39,521 bases of DNA from assembly GCA_032128375.1 (NCBI GenBank), contig JAQBGU010000062.1, forward strand, positions 1-39,521, given 5' to 3'. The position numbers and the translations under genes were made by a program. The stretch is from Deltaproteobacteria bacterium (GTDB taxonomy: Bacteria; Myxococcota_A; UBA9160; SMWR01). The notes under the pieces were generated by a model. It saw nothing but the letters and a program-made list of their open reading frames with translations, was not told the origin of the DNA and ran no database searches. Shown here in pieces: positions 1 through 10,049 of the stretch (its first letter is position 1; each line of letters begins with the position of its first letter).

Positions 1-171
1 AACCCCCCCCCGCGCCCGCGGGGGGGCGGGGCGCGCCAACCCCCGATCGCTGTGTCTCGGCCGGAGCACTGGCGCTACTCCCAGAGGTTCGAGAGTGGCG
101 AACGTTGTTGCCCAACGGTGATTGTCCGCCAATATCCGACGACCCCGACACGAAGTCCCGGAGCGACCGAA

Positions 172-1047
172 TTGCCTGAGCTGCCCGAAGTGGAAGTGAC
201 GCGACGCGCGATCGAACCGCTACTCGTGCGGCGTCGAATCTGCGACGTCCAGACAACCGGCGACAGCTACTTGTTCATTACGCCTCCCGCAGCACTGAGG
301 CGCGCGCTTACCCAGCGAACCGTCGAGCAGTTGCACCGGCGCGGGAAGTACCTGATCGCAGAACTCGATGACGCTAGCCGCTTGGTGCTTCATCTCGGCA
401 TGACTGGTCAACTGTTCTCGGAGGCTGCCGCGAGCCCGCGTTTACTCTCTTCGACTGCGCGTGCGGCGCTGAGTCCCGAGCAGCAACGACACTTCCATCC
501 CGACGCGCACACCCACCTGCGTCTGGCCTTCGCCGACGGCGGCCCGAGGGTGTTTCTGCGCGACGTTCGAAAATTCGGAAAACTGTTGTGGCTGGCAGCA
601 GGTGAGCCCCATCCGCGACTCGATCGGTTGGGCGTCGACGCGCTGGAAATCGATGCGGAGACGCTGTTCAACGCAAGCCGCAAGCGCACGGTTGCGATCA
701 AAAGTCTGCTGCTCGATCAGGCCGTCCTCGCGGGTATGGGTAATATCTACGTCGACGAGGCGTTGTTCCTATCCGGTGTCCGACCCACACGCCGGGCTCG
801 GCGCATTACGCGACAAGAGTGCGGACGTTTGGCTGGAAACATTGTTCGCGTGCTGTCGCGCTCGATCGAGACGGGGGGAGCGAGCATTCGCGACTATGTC
901 AATCCAGATGGAAGCGATGGCGGGTATCAATTCGAGCGCTGGGTGTACGCGCGCACAGGCGAAGCGTGCGACCAATGCGGGACGGCGATCCGGCGCATCC
1001 TGGTCGGACAGCGCGGGACCCACTATTGCGGGAGTTGTCAAAAGTAG
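172..1047 (+). CDS. mutM: Formamidopyrimidine-DNA glycosylase (Fpg/MutM)
   Basis: TTG at 172 gives the catalytic N-terminus (M)PELPEVE. Also RRGKYL, HLGMTG, DVRKFG, LLDQ..AGMGNIY.DEALF and a C-terminal zinc finger CDQC..CGSCQ. The ORF-track extension back to 52 is not needed. Confidence 0.96.
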   Translation: MPELPEVEVTRRAIEPLLVRRRICDVQTTGDSYLFITPPAALRRALTQRTVEQLHRRGKYLIAELDDASRLVLHLGMTGQLFSEAAASPRLLSSTARAALSPEQQRHFHPDAHTHLRLAFADGGPRVFLRDVRKFGKLLWLAAGEPHPRLDRLGVDALEIDAETLFNASRKRTVAIKSLLLDQAVLAGMGNIYVDEALFLSGVRPTRRARRITRQECGRLAGNIVRVLSRSIETGGASIRDYVNPDGSDGGYQFERWVYARTGEACDQCGTAIRRILVGQRGTHYCGSCQK

Positions 1048-2586
1048 ATGCTGAGTCTCACGGAACTGCGTCGCGCGACACCGCTGTTGTCGGCCATGAT
1101 CGCAGGTCATCAGATCCAGCGCATCGTCGCGCCCGACCCGATGAGCGTCGTCTTGACCGTCTACGGTGTGGCTGGCGAGCCCGACGCCGGACCGAAGCGG
1201 CGGCATTTTCTCTTCTCGTGTCGGCCCGGTAGCGCCCGGGTTTCACAGTTGAGTGCGCCAGCCAAGAGTGGATCTGGCCAGGCGTCGCCGAACGCCTTCA
1301 CGCAGTACTTGCGCGCACACGTCGACGGGGCCAGGGTTGGCGAGATTCGATTGAGAAACGATGACCGAGAACTCGCGGTTCAGCTCACGACTGCGGATGT
1401 CGAGTGCGGACTGCTGCTGTCGATCCTGGGGCCGCGGAGCAACCTGTATCTGCTCGACGGCGCTGGCAAAATACTGGTGTCGCTGCGGCCGTTGCCTGAT
1501 ACGCGGCCGGAACTGAAGCTGGGTGGCGATTGGGCTTCGCCCTTGTCGCGCCCGCCCGGCGCGGGCACTGACCGTTTCGAAGGCGAGACCGACGATCGAC
1601 TGCTGTTCGCGTTCGAACGCCAGTACGCCCTTGTCGAGGAAACGGACGAAGCCGCAAACCTGCAACGGCGCATCGCCAAGGCACTGCAAAAAGAGGCCAA
1701 GGGGCTCGACCGCAAACTCGAGAAGTTGGCATCGAGCCTCGCAGAGGGGCGCGAGGCGAGCCGGCTCGCTCGAGATGGTGAACTGCTCAAGGCTGCTTTA
1801 CCGCAGATCAAACGTGGTGACACTCAGGTGACGGTGTCTGACTTCGAGACCGGCGAGGCGGTCTCGATCGCACTCGATCCCAAGCTCAGCCCGGCTGAGA
1901 ATTTGGAACGCTTGTTCAAGCGCTATCACAAGGCCGTTCGCAGCGTGACGAAAGCGGGTGCGAGACAGCAGGAAGTCGCGTCGGCGCGTGCTGAAGTCGA
2001 AACGTTGCGCGAGCGCTTCGGGGCAGTAGCGGATGACGGGAAGGTTGACGAACTCGAGGCGTTCGCCAATGAAGCCCCGATCCGCAAGCTCGTCGCCAAG
2101 TACGCACCGGCGATGCCTGTCGAGCGCGCTGCGCCCGGGCGCCCGATTGAGCTCAAGCTCGGCAAACAGATTGTTCCGGGCCGGCTCATGCCGCGGCGCT
2201 ATCGCACTGCTGGCGGGTTGGAGATCTGGGTCGGGCGTAGCGCCGCCGGCAACGACCATCTTTCGATTCGGTTAGCGAAAGGCAAAGACCTGTTTTTCCA
2301 TCTCGACGGAGCCCCAGGGAGCCACGTGATCTTGCGTACCAATGGAAAAACAGATCCGCCTGGGGAGGCGGTCCTCGACGCGTGCGAACTCGCGGTCCAC
2401 TTTTCCAAGCAAAAAAATGCCAGCCGAGCCGACGTTCACGCGGTCCCGATCGCCAACGTCCGCAAGCCCAAGGGTGCGAAGCCGGGTCTGGTCACAGTCC
2501 ATGGCGGCAAGACGGTCCACCTGCGCAGAATCCCGCAGCGCCTGCAGAAAATTCTCGCATCGCTGATCGAACCTGTTGAAACTTGA
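1048..2586 (+). CDS. rqcH: NFACT-family ribosome quality control protein (RqcH/FbpA/Rqc2-like)
   Basis: NFACT-N region with the DR motif (RNDDRELAV) and SNLYLLD, a coiled coil with LDPKLSPAENLERLFKRYHK, and NFACT-R/DUF814 motifs IWVGRSAAGND and FFHLDGAPGSHVIL. The ATG directly follows the mutM stop. Confidence 0.9.
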   Translation: MLSLTELRRATPLLSAMIAGHQIQRIVAPDPMSVVLTVYGVAGEPDAGPKRRHFLFSCRPGSARVSQLSAPAKSGSGQASPNAFTQYLRAHVDGARVGEIRLRNDDRELAVQLTTADVECGLLLSILGPRSNLYLLDGAGKILVSLRPLPDTRPELKLGGDWASPLSRPPGAGTDRFEGETDDRLLFAFERQYALVEETDEAANLQRRIAKALQKEAKGLDRKLEKLASSLAEGREASRLARDGELLKAALPQIKRGDTQVTVSDFETGEAVSIALDPKLSPAENLERLFKRYHKAVRSVTKAGARQQEVASARAEVETLRERFGAVADDGKVDELEAFANEAPIRKLVAKYAPAMPVERAAPGRPIELKLGKQIVPGRLMPRRYRTAGGLEIWVGRSAAGNDHLSIRLAKGKDLFFHLDGAPGSHVILRTNGKTDPPGEAVLDACELAVHFSKQKNASRADVHAVPIANVRKPKGAKPGLVTVHGGKTVHLRRIPQRLQKILASLIEPVET

Positions 2587-2719
2587 GGGCTCCAGCGGCG
2601 CTGGCGGGTCGCAGCTTCCCGAGTCGCACGGAAAATCCGACTCACTGCCCCCAACTGGCTGCGCGTTTGCCATACTCGCGACCCCAATCGGAGGCCCTCT
2701 GTTCGCCTCGCCGTATTCG

Positions 2720-5188
2720 TTGAGAGTCACCACGTTGGCGTTGATCGCGCTGATGCTGGTGCTGGTGCTGCCGGCGAGTGGCCAGGAACCGACCGCGCCG
2801 CCGCAGCCCCGGGCCGAGGCGCCGGTGCCCGAAGTGATTCCGGTCGGGCGCATCCCCTCCGGATACGAGGCCCTCGACAGGCGACTCGCAAAGATGCGCA
2901 AGGGGTTCGAAGATAGTCCCGAGGGGGAGATCGAGGCCCTGCTTCCGGCGTTTGCGTCGGAAATCGAAAAGCGGTCCAGTGCGCTCAACAGCATGCTCGC
3001 GAGTTCGCGTATCCCGTTCGGCGAGCTCGAGGAACGGCACCGCGAATGGGTGGCTCTCGGCTTGCGCGCGGATCAGTGGCAGACCCAGCTCAGCGATCGC
3101 GCTGCGAAGATCGATGAGCAGCTCCAGCAAGTCGCCGAGCTCCGGGAACTCTGGCAACGAACCCGCAGCGCGTCGCGCGAGCACGGGGCCTCCCGGGCTA
3201 CACTCGAGCAGGCTGCATCGGCGCTGAAATCGATCGACGCGACGCAACGGTCCCTAGAGGCGGCACGCAACGGCCCGCAGGACCTCGAAGCGCGCATCAA
3301 CGGGGACGCGCGTACGATCGACGCGGCCATCGAGCGCATCGCCGAAGCCCGGCAGGATACCCGCGCGGCGCTCCTCGTCCGAGACGAGGCGCCGTTTTGG
3401 AAGCTCCGACTGGACGATCTGTCGCGGGATCTGGCGCGGGATCTGCCGCTGGTAGAGGAGTCCTTATTCGGCGAGGCTCGCCAGTCCCGGGACTACATCG
3501 CGAATCACCCCGCGCAGATATTCGGCCAGGTACTGCTGATTGCGCTGTTGTGGTTTGCGTTGCGTCACGCCCGGCGGGCAGTCGAGGGCGTCGGTGAGGG
3601 CGCCGGCGAGGGCGACCCGATCACGCGAAGCGCCAACGCCGCGGCCCTCGCGCATCCCGCTGCGGCCGCCTTGCTGGTGGGCATAGGTTTCAGCCGTGTC
3701 TTCCAACCCGAAGCACCGCAGACATTCCGCAACCTGCTGATGCTGACCGCCATCGTGCCGTGGTTGATCGTGCTTCAGTCGATGTTGCCGAGAGCGTTTC
3801 ACCGCCACGTGCGCACGCTGGCGGGGCTCGGTGCGCTGCTCGTGGTCTACGCCGAGACGTCTGGGGCCGAAGTCTTCTCCCGATTCGTGCTTCTAACGCT
3901 GATCGTACTGACGCTGATCTGGCTGCTGCTGCTGCGCCGCCCGTCGCGGCTGGCAGAGCTTCCGGTCGGTCTGCGCCATGGACTGGCCGCCCGCTTGCTC
4001 GCTGCTTGGCTCCGCATCACCACTGTCACGGTTGTTGTCGCGCTGGTGGCCACGCTGGTCGGGTATCGAGCCTTCGCCGAGACGGGGATGCTCGTAGCGC
4101 TCTTGGGCAACATGGGACTGACCCTCCTCATTGCCGCGGCGGGTATCCTGGAGGCCCTGCTCACGGTCGGCCTCGGAAGCCATTCCCTATCGGTCCTCCG
4201 CATGCTGAACACCCGCCGAAGGGTCGTACTCGGCGTTCTGACCAGGACGCTACGAATACTGACGGCCGTCGCCTTCGTCACCGGAATGCTGATTCTCGTC
4301 GGAGCAGCGGGGCCGATCAGCCGATTGATCGGTGGAATCGTCACTGCCCAGATTGGCTACGGCCCGGTGCAGTTTTCGCTGGGCGGCATGATTGCCTTCA
4401 TCGCCACACTGTGGCTCTCCTTCAAGCTGGCTCGCCTGGTGGTCTTCGTCTTCAACGAGGAGGTGGTTCCGCGGGTACGCATGGCGCCAGGAGTGCCCTA
4501 CGCGCTGGGTACCTTTGCGCGCTACATGATCATCGTCGTCGGCTTCCTCATCGCCACGGCGATGCTGGGTTTTCAGACGGACCGCTTGGCTTTGCTGGTG
4601 AGTGCTCTCGGTGTAGGCATCGGCTTCGGAATGCAGAATGTGGTGAACAATTTCGTGTCTGGCGTGATCATGCTGTTCGAGCGTCCGATCCGTGTGGGCG
4701 ACCGGCTGCAGCTCGACGACCTGCTCGGGGATGTGACATCCATCGGTATCCGGGCCTCGCACATTCGCACACTGGACGGCGCCGACGTAATCGTCCCCAA
4801 TTCTGAGTTCATCTCCATGCGCGTCATCAACTGGACCCTCGCGGACCCCAAGCGTCGCGTTACCGTGTCGGTCGGCGTTCGCTACGGAACGGACCCGGTG
4901 CGCGTGCTCGACCTGCTGCTGGAAGCGGCACGTGAGAACGAGGAGGTGCTGTCCTACCCCGAGCCCGAATCCCTCTTCGTCGCCCATGGTGAGAGCTCCC
5001 TCGATTTTCAGCTGCGAGTCTTCACCGAGAGTCGACGCGGCTGGATGACGCTAACCAGCGACCTCACAGTATCGATCAATCGCAAGCTCGGCGAAGCCGG
5101 CATCGAGATCCCGTACCCGCAGCGCGATCTGCATCTGCGCAGCGCAGACTTCGAAGCGGCGAAGACGCTGAGAGGCGATGGAAACTGA
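2720..5188 (+). CDS. Large MscS-family mechanosensitive channel (periplasmic coiled coil, multiple TM helices, MscS core)
   Basis: ALGVGIGFGMQNVVNNFVSG, FERPIRVGD, IVPNSEF..VINWT, IEIPYPQRDLHL. Signal-peptide-like N-terminus. Start uncertain: TTG 2720 chosen, ORF is open from 2576. Confidence 0.93.
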   Translation: MRVTTLALIALMLVLVLPASGQEPTAPPQPRAEAPVPEVIPVGRIPSGYEALDRRLAKMRKGFEDSPEGEIEALLPAFASEIEKRSSALNSMLASSRIPFGELEERHREWVALGLRADQWQTQLSDRAAKIDEQLQQVAELRELWQRTRSASREHGASRATLEQAASALKSIDATQRSLEAARNGPQDLEARINGDARTIDAAIERIAEARQDTRAALLVRDEAPFWKLRLDDLSRDLARDLPLVEESLFGEARQSRDYIANHPAQIFGQVLLIALLWFALRHARRAVEGVGEGAGEGDPITRSANAAALAHPAAAALLVGIGFSRVFQPEAPQTFRNLLMLTAIVPWLIVLQSMLPRAFHRHVRTLAGLGALLVVYAETSGAEVFSRFVLLTLIVLTLIWLLLLRRPSRLAELPVGLRHGLAARLLAAWLRITTVTVVVALVATLVGYRAFAETGMLVALLGNMGLTLLIAAAGILEALLTVGLGSHSLSVLRMLNTRRRVVLGVLTRTLRILTAVAFVTGMLILVGAAGPISRLIGGIVTAQIGYGPVQFSLGGMIAFIATLWLSFKLARLVVFVFNEEVVPRVRMAPGVPYALGTFARYMIIVVGFLIATAMLGFQTDRLALLVSALGVGIGFGMQNVVNNFVSGVIMLFERPIRVGDRLQLDDLLGDVTSIGIRASHIRTLDGADVIVPNSEFISMRVINWTLADPKRRVTVSVGVRYGTDPVRVLDLLLEAARENEEVLSYPEPESLFVAHGESSLDFQLRVFTESRRGWMTLTSDLTVSINRKLGEAGIEIPYPQRDLHLRSADFEAAKTLRGDGN

Positions 5189-5209
5189 TGGTGAAGCGAA
5201 GCGCGGCGC

Positions 5210-6409
5210 CTAGTTGATCGCGTTCAACACACAGCGCACGCCATCGGGGTGTCCGATCAGAGCAGCGCAGCGATTGCAGTGGTTGCAGCCGTTGACGTAG
5301 TCGAGACGCGCCTTCGCGTTGTTTACGAAGTGGGGATCCTTCCACAGGGAGCGGCCCATCTGGATGAACTCGAACTCGCGCATTGCGGCTTCGATGCTCG
5401 CGAGGGTACTCACGCCACCGATGTAGACGACCTTGGCGCGCTTGATGCGGTCGCGAATGCGCTTGGCTCCCTGTAGAAAGTAGAGCTCTTCGTAGGGGTA
5501 TTCCTTGAACATTGAAGCCCCGACCATCCGGAGGCCGAGTCGCATCAAGGGGCTCTTTTCCTGCTCGATCAGGCTGTCTTTGATGCTGTCGCCTCGAAAC
5601 AGCAGCATGGGATTCATGCTGCTGGTGCCCCCACTCGGTATCAGCGCGTCGATGCCTCCTGCGTCGAGCAGGGCGGCTACTTCGATGGCTTCGTCCTCCT
5701 GCAGGCCGCCCTTCACGCCGTCGGTCAGCCCCATCTTGCCGAGGATCGGAAATGGGTCTCCAACGGCTTCGCGAACGGCTTCGAGCACGCGCAGCGGCAG
5801 TCGCATTCGATTGATCAGCGAGCCGCCGTATGCGTCGTTGCGCCTGTTCGTCTTGGGACTGATGAATTGGCTCAGGCCGTAACCGTGACCGAAGTGAATC
5901 TCGAGTGCGTCAAAGCCCACCGATTTCATGAAGCCCGCGGTTTGACGAAACAACTCCACCAGGCGGTCGATGTCCGCGTGCTTCATCGATCCGGCGAACG
6001 GAATCCCAGCGGGAATGCCGCCCAGGTTGAGCATGGCTGAAGGACCGAGCGGACGTTTGCCCTGGAAGTCGTCGTTCTGGGAGAAGTTGCCGCAATGGCC
6101 CATCTGGCCAGAGAGTTTCGCGCCGGCTTCATGAACTTCCCGTGCCAGGCGTTCGAGCTCCGGGCGGATGCCCTCGTGCATGTACATCATCTCGCGCTTG
6201 ACCCGGCCGTCCGCTTCGACCGCGCAGTAGGCCAGGGTCGTCATCGCAACACCCCCCTCCGACACTCCGCGGTGGTGTGCGAAAAGGCGCTCGCTCGGCA
6301 CACCGTCAGGGCACATGCCTTCGAAGGTCGCAGCCTTGATGACCCGATTCCGGAGCTCGAGGCCGCCCAGAGTCCCGGCGGAAAAACACTTATCGAGTGA
6401 GACGGACAT
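5210..6409 (-). CDS. NADH:flavin oxidoreductase (old yellow enzyme family)
   Basis: LRNRVIKAATFEG, EIHFGHGYGLSQFISP.TNRRND.YGGSL.NR.R, C-terminal CNHCNRC. ATG at 6409. Confidence 0.93.
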   Translation of the reverse strand: MSVSLDKCFSAGTLGGLELRNRVIKAATFEGMCPDGVPSERLFAHHRGVSEGGVAMTTLAYCAVEADGRVKREMMYMHEGIRPELERLAREVHEAGAKLSGQMGHCGNFSQNDDFQGKRPLGPSAMLNLGGIPAGIPFAGSMKHADIDRLVELFRQTAGFMKSVGFDALEIHFGHGYGLSQFISPKTNRRNDAYGGSLINRMRLPLRVLEAVREAVGDPFPILGKMGLTDGVKGGLQEDEAIEVAALLDAGGIDALIPSGGTSSMNPMLLFRGDSIKDSLIEQEKSPLMRLGLRMVGASMFKEYPYEELYFLQGAKRIRDRIKRAKVVYIGGVSTLASIEAAMREFEFIQMGRSLWKDPHFVNNAKARLDYVNGCNHCNRCAALIGHPDGVRCVLNAIN

Positions 6410-6465
6410 CTGCTCCAGCCATTTTCCAGCGGCGCCGATCAGATCACGTGTTCGTGTGGATCGGT

Positions 6466-8214
6466 CTAGCCAGTCGCGATTCCCTCGCAGATCTCCGCGC
6501 CCGTAACGCAGCGCTTGAAAACTGCCGCGATCGTTTCCGCACTGGCACTGAAAACCAAGTCCTTGCCCGCACCGATCGCGTCGGTCTTCATGCAATCGGG
6601 CAGATCGTCGTCCTTGGCCGTGAATCCCGCCCTCCGATTGAACGCCCACTCCTGCTCGAGGATTTTCCAACCGTAGTCAGCGATCCAGTCCGGATCGAAC
6701 TCCTCGCCGAAGTAGGCAGCGTAGAATTGCCGGATCGTATCGACGCTCGCCCCGAGGAACATGCAGAAGCCGGAGGAATCGCAGATCGCATTGACCATCT
6801 GGGATTTTTGCGACGCAGCCGCCCAACTACCCTCGGGCGAGCCGGGGGTGACGACCAGACCCGCCGTGTGATCGGCGCCCATCGCGCTCGACGCGTACGT
6901 GACACCCGTCGCCTGCAGCGGGCGTGGGTCCCAAGCTGGGATGGCCTGCCCCCTGACCGTGGGAATGCGGTGATGGCCGGTCTCCCGGCCGACGGCGTCG
7001 GGGCCATCGCCGATCAACTTGCCCAGAGAGGTTCCCTTGGCGATCTCGCGCATGAGGCGCTTGGCGCCCTCAGCATCGCCAAATTCCATCTTACCGGCGT
7101 CCATGTAGACCCCGATGGCCGCGCCCGCCTCGATTGTGTCCATGCCGACGTCGTCGCACAGGCGATCGAGCTGAGCCACATCGTCGAGCTTCCCGATCGC
7201 ACAGTTCGCTCCCAACATCGTGATCGTTTCGAACTCGAGCGCCGACGTCACGTACGCACCCTGTTCGTCGTGTACGACATTGCTGCATCGGACGATGCAG
7301 CCAGTCAAACAGTTGTGCATGCCTCCGCCGCGTTTTTCGAACGCCGCGTGAATGTTGCGACCATCGAGGGCAGCGGCGTGTTCGAACTGTCCCGACGTGC
7401 GGTTGCGTGACGGAAAGGTGTGGAGCGCGTTGGCCATGCCGACGGTGTTGGCCGTTCCCTTGCCCATCGGCTGGGGCCCATCGAGGTAGCTCTTGCTGAA
7501 ATTTTTGACCAGGTTCTTGAATGCGCTGGCGTTCGACGCTTGCCGGGCGCGCGACTTGCCCGGCTCGATCGCAATGAACTTGAGTCCCTTTGCGCCCATC
7601 ACCGCGCCCAGGCCGCCTCGCGCTGCGTGGCGTGTCGGGTAGCGGTTGTCTTGGTCCGTGCAGGCTACCGATGCGCCCTTCAGGCGTAGCTCGCCGGCCG
7701 GGCCGCAGGTGATGAATGAGGCGGTCTTGGAGTATCGCTCGGAAAGCTTTTCACAGGTGGGGTAATTCCACAGGCCCTTCAGATCGTCGGCCGCAACCAT
7801 GCGGACGCCATCGGCGTCGACCTCGAGGCCGAAGCGCGCTTCCGCGTCGGCCGGTTGTCCAGTCACGATGATCACGCGGTAGCCGAGCTTTGTCAGATGC
7901 TGGCCTGGGTTGCCACCGGCGTTGGCCTCCTTGATGCCGCCGGTGAGGGGACTCTTGCCACCCACGGAGATGCGCCCCGAAGTGGGCGCGGCGGTTCCGG
8001 CCAGCACGCCGGGTGCGAGAATCAGCAGGTTGTCCGGTCCGAGCGGGTCGCAGGTGGCGTCGCACTCATCGATCAGGATGCGAGACGAGAGTGCTCGACC
8101 GCCGAGGAAGCGCCAGGCTTCGGGGAACGGCGCAGTGGTGGCTTGCTGCGTCGTCATGTCGACGCGGATCATCCGGTCACCCACGCCACCTACGCCGCTC
8201 TTGGAATCTGTCAT
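6466..8214 (-). CDS. Aldehyde:ferredoxin oxidoreductase (tungsto/molybdopterin AOR family)
   Basis: LGGRAL, KSPLTGGIKEANAGG, AARGGLGAVMGAKGLK, Fe-S motif CLTGCIVRC, EFET, CDDVGMDTIE, GADHTAG, DSSGFCMF. AAGGAGGG RBS upstream on the minus strand. Confidence 0.93.
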   Translation of the reverse strand: MTDSKSGVGGVGDRMIRVDMTTQQATTAPFPEAWRFLGGRALSSRILIDECDATCDPLGPDNLLILAPGVLAGTAAPTSGRISVGGKSPLTGGIKEANAGGNPGQHLTKLGYRVIIVTGQPADAEARFGLEVDADGVRMVAADDLKGLWNYPTCEKLSERYSKTASFITCGPAGELRLKGASVACTDQDNRYPTRHAARGGLGAVMGAKGLKFIAIEPGKSRARQASNASAFKNLVKNFSKSYLDGPQPMGKGTANTVGMANALHTFPSRNRTSGQFEHAAALDGRNIHAAFEKRGGGMHNCLTGCIVRCSNVVHDEQGAYVTSALEFETITMLGANCAIGKLDDVAQLDRLCDDVGMDTIEAGAAIGVYMDAGKMEFGDAEGAKRLMREIAKGTSLGKLIGDGPDAVGRETGHHRIPTVRGQAIPAWDPRPLQATGVTYASSAMGADHTAGLVVTPGSPEGSWAAASQKSQMVNAICDSSGFCMFLGASVDTIRQFYAAYFGEEFDPDWIADYGWKILEQEWAFNRRAGFTAKDDDLPDCMKTDAIGAGKDLVFSASAETIAAVFKRCVTGAEICEGIATG

Positions 8215-8339
8215 CGCGTGCCCTCCTTGAGGCGCATACGATAGTCAGCCGCCGCCTCGAGCGACAGGGCGGCGTCGGTAATCGCACGGTTCGAACCACG
8301 GGCTCAGCCGAAGGCCAGCGGGCCGAAGACTCGGGCTCT

Positions 8340-9287
8340 CTAAGGTTCGATCAAGACCTTCAGCTGGCCCGTCTCACCCGCCCTGGCGAGAGCCTGTGTT
8401 GCGTCGCTGAGCGATGAGCGGTGTGAAATCAACGAGCGGACGTCGATGCTGCCGGTTTCGAGCGCTCGAATGGCCGGTGGAAAAGGACCGCAACGCGAAC
8501 CGACTACGCGAATTTCGTTGACCACCAGCTTGGACAAGTCGACGTTGGCCCGGGTTGCGGTCGTGCTCTTGAGCACGACGGTCCCTCGCGGTCGAGTCGC
8601 AGAGATCGCACGCAGGAGGCCGTCGGCTGAGCCTGTCGCATCCACCACGAGCGAAGCCGAACCTGGCGTCCAGCCGGAATCCTCGATGGTCTCGATATCC
8701 CGACGAGCCAGGATCTCCAGGTTCTCGGGGTGATGTCCCACGACGAGCACCTGTGCGCCGGCTTGTCGCAGCACTTGCGCGACTAGCAGGCCGAGCTTGC
8801 CATCTCCGAGTACCACGCAATCCTGATTCGGCATGACGTGAACCTGCTCGAGCACCTCGTAAGCGGCAGCCAGGGGCTCAGCAAACACGGCCGAGTCGTC
8901 GTCCACACCGTCCGGGACGGTGTGGAGGTTTGCGATCGGAACATTCACGTACTCCGCAAAACTCCCGTCGGCTTCCAGGATGCCCATCACGCGTCGAGAG
9001 GGGCAGTGGCGTTGCAATCCCTCGTGGCAGATCGGACAACTCTGGCAGGCGAAATTGATTTCGCCGACGACTCGCTGGCCAAGCCACTCCGGCGGTCCGT
9101 CTTCGACGACGCCCACGAATTCATGGCCGAGGGTGCCGCGAAACGCCATGTAGCCCTTGACGAGTTCCAGGTCCGTGTTGCACACGCCGGCTAGCGTTAC
9201 GCGAACCAGTGCGGAGTCTGGAGCGCGATCGGGCTTGGCTACATCTCTGACTTTCGCGATAGATCCGTCGAACGTGAGGGCGCGCAT
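8340..9287 (-). CDS. Zinc-dependent alcohol dehydrogenase (MDR family)
   Basis: Start MRALTFDG. GVCNTD, GHEFVG, structural-zinc motif CQSCPIC..HC, Rossmann motif GDGKLG. Confidence 0.92.
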   Translation of the reverse strand: MRALTFDGSIAKVRDVAKPDRAPDSALVRVTLAGVCNTDLELVKGYMAFRGTLGHEFVGVVEDGPPEWLGQRVVGEINFACQSCPICHEGLQRHCPSRRVMGILEADGSFAEYVNVPIANLHTVPDGVDDDSAVFAEPLAAAYEVLEQVHVMPNQDCVVLGDGKLGLLVAQVLRQAGAQVLVVGHHPENLEILARRDIETIEDSGWTPGSASLVVDATGSADGLLRAISATRPRGTVVLKSTTATRANVDLSKLVVNEIRVVGSRCGPFPPAIRALETGSIDVRSLISHRSSLSDATQALARAGETGQLKVLIEP

Positions 9288-9548
9288 GCGACAAGCGTTG
9301 CAGTCGATTCCATCGACCGCAAGCCGCGGTCGCACATCTCCGCGCGCTCTGAGAGAAAACTGCTTTCGGCGTTCTCGACGTCTCCACGTCGGCGTCGGCG
9401 GTGTCGCCCCTTCGAGAGAGCGCGCTGTGCCCAATCCGATACCCGCTGCGTAACGTCTGGCATTCCCGATACGCAGCGGACCACCGGCAAAGGTAGCGGG
9501 CCCGGTCGGGAGACGTATATTGCTGTCTTCGGAGGAATCCACGTGGCA

Positions 9549-10040
9549 ATGCCCCCCAAGTACTGCCCTGATTGCCGGGACGAGTACATCCACTCAGCGA
9601 CTGTCTGTGCCGATTGCGACGTGCCGCTGGTCTTCGCAGGCGAACTCGGCGCTGACGGTAGTGACGAGCTTCCACCGATTTCTGAGTTGGTGTGTATTCG
9701 GGCTTCTAGCGTGGGCTGGGCGAAGGCGCTGTCGGAAAAGCTGGCGGAGGCTGGCATTCCACATCGTATTCAAGCGGCGGGAGCCGAAGATGGTGAAGGT
9801 GGCCAACAGAGGCCCGGCGAGAATCTGCCCTATGGTGTGTACGTTCTGGAGGAGGACGTCGAAGACGCGGCGGAGATCGACCTCGAACATACGAACTCGG
9901 AAATCCCCGATATCCCCGAAGACTTTGCGAGCGCGCTGTCAGACGGGGATGACCCTACATGTCCGGCGTGCGGTGATCTGATCGATGCGACGACCGACGA
10001 GTGCCCTGGATGCGGGTTGGCGATATTTCCATCCGAATAG
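9549..10040 (+). CDS. Small acidic protein with two zinc ribbons flanking a DUF2007-like domain
   Basis: N-terminal YCPDC..CADC, central LSEKLAEAGIPH..VYVLEED, C-terminal CPACG..ECPGCG. Confidence 0.75.
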   Translation: MPPKYCPDCRDEYIHSATVCADCDVPLVFAGELGADGSDELPPISELVCIRASSVGWAKALSEKLAEAGIPHRIQAAGAEDGEGGQQRPGENLPYGVYVLEEDVEDAAEIDLEHTNSEIPDIPEDFASALSDGDDPTCPACGDLIDATTDECPGCGLAIFPSE

Positions 10041-10049
10041 CGTGAGCTC

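Noticed and set aside
1..50. C/G-run hairpin at the left edge as a terminator or G-quadruplex
   Set aside because: Low-complexity sequence at the contig start with no U-tract; most likely a read-end artefact.
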